Shown piece after piece: positions 20,159 through 27,525 of a DNA stretch of 64,000 nt (position 1 is its first letter; every line of letters starts with the position of its first letter). Both the position numbers and the translations under genes were made by a program. The DNA is from Bdellovibrionales bacterium (GTDB lineage Bacteria > Bdellovibrionota > Bdellovibrionia > Bdellovibrionales > UBA1609). The notes under the pieces are model-generated. The model was not told where the DNA came from. It saw only the letters and a list, made by a program, of their open reading frames with translations, and ran no database searches. The DNA lies in the NCBI GenBank assembly GCA_027317865.1, contig DAHVQG010000004.1, positions 64,001 to 128,000 of the forward strand, read 5' to 3'.

Positions 20159-21588
20159 TGAGAACCTTTCAGTATCGCCTGACAGTCGCCAGCGGATTTA
20201 TCATGTGGTTTAACAATAAGATCTTCGACAGCACGGCCGAGTTCCTCACCGATCGGGACAATGACGAGTTTGGAATTCTGTTTTACGACCGCATTTGATA
20301 CGGGATACGAATCCGTCACAACCAGTTGATCAATAGATGCACTATTGAGCGCTTTACCGCCGTCGCCCGCGAGGTGTGTAACGACCGCAATAACTTTAGT
20401 CGCCCCTGCTTTCTTCAAATAATCAGCCACGTCCGCTAATGTGCCCCCGGTTGACGTTTCATCGTCTACAATAGCGACAACTTTGCCCGCCGGGCTCGGT
20501 CCGCTGAATCCGTAAAATTTTGTTTGAGCAGTGAGTGGATCGCGCTGTTTATTGGCGACAGCAACAGGCAACTTCAGCATGTCCGCATAAAGCGTGGCAT
20601 CTTTTTGAAATCCCGTATCCGGTGAAACAATCATTTCAACATCGGCATTTCGCAAGTACGCGCACAATGTATTAAGGCCCAAAACATTAAAGCTCGGAAT
20701 ATCAAAAAAGCCCTGTGATTGCGGAGCGTGTGCCCGAGCAAATTCGATAGCCTCTGTGCCAACACTTTCAATTAAGTCGGCAATCAGACGGCCAATCACC
20801 GTTACACCTTTTTGATCCGCCTTATCCGATCGCGCCCACGGCAACGGCGTTACCCACGTTACGGCGGCTCCATCTCTTGTCATCTGCGCAACTCGCGCCA
20901 AGGCGGCAAAAAAGGTTTCACTTTTGGGGATTACGACTGGCCTCACAAAAATTATTTGCGCGCCCTTTACCGCTCCTCTCGGGAGAGAACCTGGATTATA
21001 AACCGGCAAATTCAGAACACGCCCCATATCGCGAGCAATCGAATCGTGGGAGTCTTGAAGAATAAAACTGTGTGTCAGATGATGCCTGCCGGGCCAAACA
21101 CGACGGATTCTAATGGTTCGCGGATGGTTCCCGTTTTCAACAAACTTGGTCGCACCCGCTATGCCGATAAGCGATTCCACCGGTAAGGCAAGCGAACCGT
21201 TTGCGGTCGTGACCCGTATTTTTGAAATCGAAGTATTAAGAAAAGCAACAATCTCTCGTGCACCGAGCGTTCTTGCCGTTCGAATCTTAATCAAAGCCTC
21301 CATAAACATTTGGGGCGTCATTTCATCTGGAATCAAAATCCCGACTCGTTTGCCAGTAAGATTGGTCTGCACGCGCACGAAAGTGTCGCCGTTAGAAAAC
21401 TCTTGAGTTTTTTCTTCAATCATCCGGCAGCCAGGGTGTGACGTGCAGAATCGATTAGCAGCTTCTGAAAAATTACGTACAGAGAATAGTAATACGCTTC
21501 GATTGCGGGCGCTGGCGTAACCCGAGCCGACGAGCATAAGGGTCGTCATGCTCAAAAATGCAATTTTATTTAAACCCAACCCTTTCAT
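20155..21588 (-). CDS. Exported ribose-phosphate pyrophosphokinase-like protein with duplicated N-terminal domain
   Basis: FSNGDTFVRV, PWARSDK, HAPQSQGFFDIP, VSPDTG, KQR, IVDDETSTGGTL, VTH; signal peptide; ATG 21588 with GAGG RBS (GTG 21597 alternative); C-terminal CQAIL. Confidence 0.87.
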   Translation of the reverse strand: MKGLGLNKIAFLSMTTLMLVGSGYASARNRSVLLFSVRNFSEAANRFCTSHPGCRMIEEKTQEFSNGDTFVRVQTNLTGKRVGILIPDEMTPQMFMEALIKIRTARTLGAREIVAFLNTSISKIRVTTANGSLALPVESLIGIAGATKFVENGNHPRTIRIRRVWPGRHHLTHSFILQDSHDSIARDMGRVLNLPVYNPGSLPRGAVKGAQIIFVRPVVIPKSETFFAALARVAQMTRDGAAVTWVTPLPWARSDKADQKGVTVIGRLIADLIESVGTEAIEFARAHAPQSQGFFDIPSFNVLGLNTLCAYLRNADVEMIVSPDTGFQKDATLYADMLKLPVAVANKQRDPLTAQTKFYGFSGPSPAGKVVAIVDDETSTGGTLADVADYLKKAGATKVIAVVTHLAGDGGKALNSASIDQLVVTDSYPVSNAVVKQNSKLVIVPIGEELGRAVEDLIVKPHDKSAGDCQAILKGSQ

Positions 21589-21593
21589 CGTCC

Positions 21594-23198
21594 TCACCCT
21601 GCAGGTTTCAAAACGTCACTACACGTGGCTTCTAACATTTTACTTAACCGCTCATATGCCTTCGATCCGAGCGGACCGGATTTATGTTCGTTATTTAAAA
21701 AATATTCCCTCTTTGAGTTCCAAACTTCTTCGAAGGTGCGGCTGTTATGGTAGAGATGCGCCAAGCCGCTTTCAAATTTCTCACGCTCGCTCACGGCCGC
21801 GCCATTAACCGTGTCTTCACTTGCAATTGGATAGTTCGCAAGTAAACGCTTGATTAGGCGGCGAAGATCGCGCGCGCTAATTTTGCCATTTTCAAATGCA
21901 TGTACCGAACCCGCTAAAAACATGAGCGCAATTTGACCCGAATTTTTGTCAGTGCGGCCGTAAACATCCGATTTCATAAGAGACAAAATCTTCATTCCGT
22001 TTTCAGTCATCGGTTCGGCATCTTCACCAACAGGGCCAAGCTCTGAAATTATATCTTTGAACGATCTCTGCGCTTCAGCTATACGCTGTTCGGCAATTTC
22101 GTCGGCCGTTAGCATTCGAATGTCCGTTCGTTCGCGCGCGCGCCCCTCTGGGAACTCATACCCCAGTTCTCTAGCCGCTTTTTGCACTTCACTATAAAAC
22201 TCTTTTGTCGAAACAATTCCTATGATGTCGTACAGACCACCTAAAATTGTTTGGCGTATTTCAACGCTGGACAGACCTCCAGGTGGAGCGAAAACGCGCC
22301 CGTCTTGCATGCGCTGAAGTTGAAGGAATGGGCCGTGCCACTCTGAGCTGTAAGCAAGTTGGGCGCCATCGATTTTCAAAATTCGATCAGGACCGGTTGG
22401 CTGAGCATTCGATGTTTTAATGTACTTTTCGATTTTTTTTACAGTTTCATAATTTTGCGATCCAATTATCGGGTAGTTCGAATTTTTTATGTCAATGACA
22501 TTGACCTTCATCAAAAGGTTCGTGAGCGGCTTTTGTGTGCCTTGGTACACACTATAAAACGCACCAATATATTGGCGGCTTTGGCTCGTAGGGCTGTAAC
22601 TGGTCGCATCGATAATAATAAACGGCGGGTCTTGATCCACAGACTGCAGATGAAGTCCGTTAGTCGCCAAAAAATCGACCAAAATATCGGGCGTGCTGCC
22701 AACCAAAGATTGCCCGCTTGCATTGAGCCGCACGACGCGATGGTTTTGCCCGTGAGCTCGGTAAAAAGCGTCGACCATATCGGCAATCAATGCGGAGTCG
22801 CGACCCAAAAACGCATACGTTCCGCCCGGGTAGGCCGCTTCAAGACTAGCAATAATTTTTGGCCCGTCAGCCTTGGTTACAGCCACGGCTTGCGAACGTT
22901 CACCGGCATTTCTAAAGGGATTTTTTCTTGGCCACGGCGTTAACGCATTTTCGATTTCGGCAATGGTCGGGCGAGATTGCATGTTAAGCAATTCATTGAT
23001 TTTTTCATCACGAGCCTTTTTAGCTAATTGCTCCTGAACTTGCGGTTCGCCCCCATCGCTCAAATTAGTTGTCGTTATAGTCCCAAAGGCTCCGTGCCAG
23101 GACGTCCGGCTATTCGCCGCACGAACCTTCGCCGACACCGAAGCTGCTACAATTAAACCGGCGATCAACATTGATAACGCCTTACCCATTTTCCCCAC
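21594..23198 (-). CDS. Exported hypothetical protein, 'GRD' family paralog 1 (possible PRTase-like fold)
   Basis: Signal peptide; YPGGTYAFLGRDS, IIIDATSYSPTSQSR, LGYEFP; C-terminal CSDVL. Confidence 0.8.
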   Translation of the reverse strand: MGKMGKALSMLIAGLIVAASVSAKVRAANSRTSWHGAFGTITTTNLSDGGEPQVQEQLAKKARDEKINELLNMQSRPTIAEIENALTPWPRKNPFRNAGERSQAVAVTKADGPKIIASLEAAYPGGTYAFLGRDSALIADMVDAFYRAHGQNHRVVRLNASGQSLVGSTPDILVDFLATNGLHLQSVDQDPPFIIIDATSYSPTSQSRQYIGAFYSVYQGTQKPLTNLLMKVNVIDIKNSNYPIIGSQNYETVKKIEKYIKTSNAQPTGPDRILKIDGAQLAYSSEWHGPFLQLQRMQDGRVFAPPGGLSSVEIRQTILGGLYDIIGIVSTKEFYSEVQKAARELGYEFPEGRARERTDIRMLTADEIAEQRIAEAQRSFKDIISELGPVGEDAEPMTENGMKILSLMKSDVYGRTDKNSGQIALMFLAGSVHAFENGKISARDLRRLIKRLLANYPIASEDTVNGAAVSEREKFESGLAHLYHNSRTFEEVWNSKREYFLNNEHKSGPLGSKAYERLSKMLEATCSDVLKPAG

Positions 23199-23201
23199 TG
23201 G

Positions 23202-25613
23202 TTATTCCCTCAACCTTTCAGTTTTAACGCTTTTCGCGCCGTTATCTAAATATTTCGTATTTATATCACTTAACGCATTTCGAATGTCGTCCGCCGAATT
23301 CACCAAATATATCCTCGACAAAACCGATGCTGGTAACTTCGATTCTTTAAGATAGTTGGCAAGCGATCCGTAGAAATCGTTGGCCACAAAAATGATGCTT
23401 TGGCTCTTATTGAGGCCCGATGCGAAATTGACAAAAGCTGTCGCCAGTTCTTGAAGCGTCCCCTTACCGCCCGGCATGACCACGACAACGTTGTTCATAT
23501 AGAGCAACAACGGGATACGCGTTCGATAGTCAGTCGTTGATAAGGTCAGATTATGGACATCTGTCGCTGCCGATTTTTCACGCCATAGACTGCCACTCTC
23601 AAGCGGAATACCGATCGAAATGCCACCCGAGTTTATGGCGGCATCGTTGGCAATTCTCATAAACCCGTCCGCTCCACCAGTCGCAATGGCCAAACCGCTT
23701 TGCGCGATGGTTTTCGAGATGCTGTAAACCATCGAATCATATTTTGACTCTCGGGTACTTGAACCGAAAACGACCGCGCCCCCGGGAGTTTTTTGGCGTA
23801 ACGCCTGAACGGCTTCGGTCATTTCACGCTGATAATTCGAAATTTGTGAAAGTTGGTGGCGATCTAATTTCGCGATAAATTGGCCGTCATTTAATCGAAC
23901 CGGTTCCGTTTCTGCGAAGACAATTCCCGGCGTATCGCTATATTTTTCATAATCACTATATTTGCTATATTTTGATTTTTTACCGCGAAGACTTTCAATC
24001 GCTTCGTTGTTTGTTTTAAATTTTTGGATGCTAAGAAAGTGGTAATTGTCTCGAATCCCAAACGAGTAACCGTCAATGTTGTCAGTCCATTTGCGTAAGC
24101 CACCTAAGATGGGAAAATCAGAATTGTTGATAGTGCCGTCAATGTCCTTTTGAAGAAGCAATCCAAACCCGGTGACCGAGTCAGCCGTCATGATTCGATT
24201 GTTCGAATATGCAAACGCCTTCATTCTTAGGTACGGATTGGGTATCGATAAAATCTGGCTATTGTGGAGCATTGTTTCCGAACCGGCGGTCACTTCGCTC
24301 GTAATACCGACTCCACGGTCACCGACGGCTTCTGCGATAAGCGGCGCTGTCGGCACGTCGGCATCAAAAAAAACTATATAACCGTTCTTCGCCGCCGATC
24401 GAGCCAGCTCCACCGCTTCATTGGCATCGGCGTTGTTTGCGGCGCCCGTCAGAAGTGTCAGAGTTTTTGAAGTTCCGTCGCAGATAGCTTGCACCCAACG
24501 ATAATTCAGCATTTCACGGAGGTAGCCGCTATTTGCGTTTTCTTGTTTCAGTGCCGATATAAAATTGGCTTGAAGTTCGGCCGTCTGCTTTAACTCTCGT
24601 TCACGTTCCGCAATAAGCCGTTTTCGCTCGTTTTCTCTTTGTTTGGCGGCTATCTCTTCGTAATTTTCTTGAAGTTCGCTCAATGCGACTCCCTTCGGAT
24701 AATCGCTCTCTTTTAGAAATTTGAAATTCCAGTCAGCGGTACGCACGAGACGCGGCTTACCGTCATCGTCGAAAAATGAAACCACGTAGTCAGAGTTAAT
24801 TAATGAATCCCTTGCCCGGCCATAAACCAATGCGATCCGTTTCGACTTCGTCTTTATGCCTGAAACGGATGAGCCCGTAACCGGATCACGAAAGAACGAA
24901 TTTGAACTCAATACAGCAGCAGCCACTGCATGTTCCGGCTTTAATCCCTCGGTTTTGCGAATCACGGTGTTGATTGCCAACAACTCCTTCGTCGGAGATT
25001 CAACTTTTGTCGACGGAATCGGCACTTCCGCGGCAGCTAGCGATTCTGTTTTATTTTCTAAAGCATTGAGTTTCGGCGATTCTCGTCGTAACAATACCGA
25101 CGCCGCGACCAACGTCGAGTGGCCTTTGATTCGTGAAAATTCCGTTCCGTGTCTTTTAAAAGCAGAATCGTTGTAAAACTCTAATTCTTCTGGTTCAACC
25201 CAAGCGATTCGACGGCCATGAGTTGTCCATCCAGAAATTGCGACGGATGTTCCGCCTAACTTAAAATCATTGTTTTTAACCCCATAGACATAAATATCGT
25301 TCAACGGCGAAAGCACGACGTTACCGCTTAAGGCAATTGGCGAGGTCAATTTGGCGAGAGCGATCGGTTTCGTTTCGGCACTAACCTCAGCTATGTCCGT
25401 TGTGAGTGCTTTGATCGCTTTTTTAAAAGTCGGCTCTGTGGTATTTGTCCCACGCAGAATCAATTCGCAAACTGTAGACTTCTTTTCACTTTTCCCATTT
25501 TTCTTTGTGGCCGCGTGGGCCGAATTAAAGCTGAACAATATCAACAATGAAACAAGCAAAAGGGCTTGAGAATTACAGTCGTGAGACTTGAGCTTTAATG
25601 GCGCCCCCTTCAT
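23202..25613 (-). CDS. Exported LOG/SLOG family protein, large, with unknown N-domain and coiled coil
   Basis: AVVFGSS, TGGADGFM, SIGIP, PGGKGTLQEL; signal peptide ending AHA then CELIL; strong RBS (AAGGTGAGGGG). Confidence 0.85.
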   Translation of the reverse strand: MKGAPLKLKSHDCNSQALLLVSLLILFSFNSAHAATKKNGKSEKKSTVCELILRGTNTTEPTFKKAIKALTTDIAEVSAETKPIALAKLTSPIALSGNVVLSPLNDIYVYGVKNNDFKLGGTSVAISGWTTHGRRIAWVEPEELEFYNDSAFKRHGTEFSRIKGHSTLVAASVLLRRESPKLNALENKTESLAAAEVPIPSTKVESPTKELLAINTVIRKTEGLKPEHAVAAAVLSSNSFFRDPVTGSSVSGIKTKSKRIALVYGRARDSLINSDYVVSFFDDDGKPRLVRTADWNFKFLKESDYPKGVALSELQENYEEIAAKQRENERKRLIAERERELKQTAELQANFISALKQENANSGYLREMLNYRWVQAICDGTSKTLTLLTGAANNADANEAVELARSAAKNGYIVFFDADVPTAPLIAEAVGDRGVGITSEVTAGSETMLHNSQILSIPNPYLRMKAFAYSNNRIMTADSVTGFGLLLQKDIDGTINNSDFPILGGLRKWTDNIDGYSFGIRDNYHFLSIQKFKTNNEAIESLRGKKSKYSKYSDYEKYSDTPGIVFAETEPVRLNDGQFIAKLDRHQLSQISNYQREMTEAVQALRQKTPGGAVVFGSSTRESKYDSMVYSISKTIAQSGLAIATGGADGFMRIANDAAINSGGISIGIPLESGSLWREKSAATDVHNLTLSTTDYRTRIPLLLYMNNVVVVMPGGKGTLQELATAFVNFASGLNKSQSIIFVANDFYGSLANYLKESKLPASVLSRIYLVNSADDIRNALSDINTKYLDNGAKSVKTERLRE

Positions 25614-25986
25614 TGCCGACCCCTCACCTTCTTTGGAAGCTGTCGACTTACACGAAATGTCAAAATTTGGTCAAGAATTCAAAACATGAAGCGGTAATAC
25701 CGTAAAAAACTTTCTCAAATTTATGAAATTAATACGGTGATGTTGAACTTTAATCGGAATTGTTCTAGCTGCGGCGAACTTGACTGGATTTTGATATTTT
25801 TGCGCAAAATGAAAAACTGCTTTTAATATCTCATCTGCAACTGCTATGTCTGTTTGACAGTGGTAAGACATCGTCGCCGCCGCGGATTAACAGATTGATT
25901 GCAACCCGGCGGCGATTTTTTCGCAAATTCGCGCCCTACCCCAAAAAATAACAAGCCAGAAAAGACCCAATAGGGGTTTGTTGGTT

Positions 25987-26063
25987 TGGCGTCCCCGGCA
26001 AGAATTGAACTTGCGGCCTGCAGTTTAGGAAACTGCTGCTCTATCCGGCTGAGCTACGGGGAC
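25987..26063 (-). tRNA. tRNA-Arg (anticodon CCT)
   Basis: Reverse complement GTCCCCGTAGCTCAGCCGGATAGAGCA-GCAGT-TTCCTAA-ACTGC-AGGCCGCAAGTTCAATTCTTGCCGGGGACGCCA: cloverleaf, GTTCAA T-loop, encoded CCA, 77 nt. Confidence 0.96.
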
Positions 26064-26088
26064 AAACTCATAGACTCGTCAATGCCGT

Positions 26089-27504
26089 TCACGATGCTTC
26101 ATCGTCATCCAACTCATCGTCGCCAATCGTACCAAGTCGGTGCTTTTCGACTCGATAGCGCATGGATCGAAACGTGATACCGAGAAGTTTAGCCGCGCGT
26201 TTTTTCACCCCATCAGCGGAATGAATCGCTTTGACAAGCAATTCCTTTTCAATCTGTCCTAGAATCTTGTCAAGATCCACGCCGTCCTCGGTGATTTGAA
26301 TGTCGTGACTCGAAATCATTTTGTGCCCCGTCGGAGTGTTTACAAACGGAGGCAAACTTTCGGGCAAAATCGTGGCCCCCGCCTCAAGCGCAACCGTTCG
26401 TTCAATAATATTTTCGAGTTCGCGCACGTTGCCGGGGTAATCGTATTTTTTCAAAACGGCGAGCGCTTCGGCGCTGATACCTGAAATCGATTTGCCTAGC
26501 CGCTCGTTATATTTTTTTAGAAAATGTTGCGCCAGAACGGGAATGTCGTCCATACGCTCCCGCAATGCCGGCGCATGAATATTGATGACGTTTAGTCTGT
26601 AAAACAAGTCCTCACGGAATGTCTTTTCTTTTACCATTTCAGAAAGGTCGCGGTTTGTCGCGGCGATAATGCGTACGTCAACTTCGGTATCGTCGACGGC
26701 GCCCACGCGCCGAATGATTCGCTCTTGAATCACGCGCAGAAGTTTTACCTGTATCGACAGCGGCAGTTCTCCGACCTCGTCGAGAAAAATCGTCCCGCCA
26801 TCCGCAGCTTCAAACAAACCTTCTTTATCGACCACAGCTCCCGTAAATGAACCTTTTTTGTGTCCAAACATTTCTGATTCCATCAATGTTTCAGGAATGG
26901 CCCCGCAGTTGACCGGAATAAACGGTTTGTCATGAAATGGTCCGCTGAAGTGGACGGCTTTTGCGATCATTTCTTTACCGGTACCGCTTTCGCCGGTGAT
27001 TAATACGGTTGTTGGTGTATTACTCACGCGTCGGATAATTTCAAACACCCGGTGCATCGGTTCGGAATTACCGATGAGATTACCTAGACTGTTTTCTTTA
27101 CCCAATTCCTTTTTGAGGATTCGGTTCTCGCCCTCAAGCGATTTCGATCGCAGAGCATTCGCGATGTTGAGCCGAACCTCATCGATTTTAAAAGGCTTTG
27201 TGATGTAGTCGTATGCGCCCATTTTCATGGCATCGACCGCGTTTTCAGTTGTCCCAAACGCCGTGATCATCATAAATAACGTACCAGGGCTCTGCTCTTT
27301 GATCTGCTTCAAAAGCTCAATGCCCGTGACTTTCGGCATTTGTAAATCAGAAATCACCAGGTCAAACGATTTCTTTTTAAAAAGATCCAGTGCGCGCTCA
27401 CCGTCTTCGGCGCACGTCACCTCGTAACCTTCTTTTTTAAGCATGATTTCGAGAAATTCGCGGATTGACTCCTCGTCGTCAACGACCAAAATGCGCGCTT
27501 TCAT
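26089..27504 (-). CDS. pilR: Sigma-54 dependent response regulator PilR
   Basis: Receiver domain, GESGTGKE, GSFTGA, WPGN-like YPGNVREL, Fis-type HTH; follows pilS; ATG 27504 with AAGGAG. Confidence 0.88.
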   Translation of the reverse strand: MKARILVVDDEESIREFLEIMLKKEGYEVTCAEDGERALDLFKKKSFDLVISDLQMPKVTGIELLKQIKEQSPGTLFMMITAFGTTENAVDAMKMGAYDYITKPFKIDEVRLNIANALRSKSLEGENRILKKELGKENSLGNLIGNSEPMHRVFEIIRRVSNTPTTVLITGESGTGKEMIAKAVHFSGPFHDKPFIPVNCGAIPETLMESEMFGHKKGSFTGAVVDKEGLFEAADGGTIFLDEVGELPLSIQVKLLRVIQERIIRRVGAVDDTEVDVRIIAATNRDLSEMVKEKTFREDLFYRLNVINIHAPALRERMDDIPVLAQHFLKKYNERLGKSISGISAEALAVLKKYDYPGNVRELENIIERTVALEAGATILPESLPPFVNTPTGHKMISSHDIQITEDGVDLDKILGQIEKELLVKAIHSADGVKKRAAKLLGITFRSMRYRVEKHRLGTIGDDELDDDEAS

Positions 27505-27525
27505 TTCTGGGCTCCTTTCATTCAA

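Noticed and set aside
8768-25469. The conserved Cys as a lipoprotein lipobox
   Set aside because: Six of nine are C-terminal, and the N-terminal ones lie after predicted SPase I sites without an L-x-[AG]-C box
7793-25613. Interpretation as an anti-phage defence island or prophage
   Set aside because: SLOG, NTase and ATPase domains occur in defence systems, but uniform signal peptides and the absence of TIR/SIR2, restriction, structural phage or integrase genes argue against it
25671-25871. 66-aa ORF upstream of the operon as a possible leader peptide or chaperone
   Set aside because: No clear RBS, motif or signal peptide; cannot support it, though it is not excluded
25899-25914. Sigma-54-like site upstream of the operon (minus strand TCGCCG-N5-TTGCA)
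   Set aside because: The invariant -24 GG is missing
25986-26177. 63-aa ORF MASPARIELA...
   Set aside because: Antisense shadow of tRNA-Arg and the pilR 3' end
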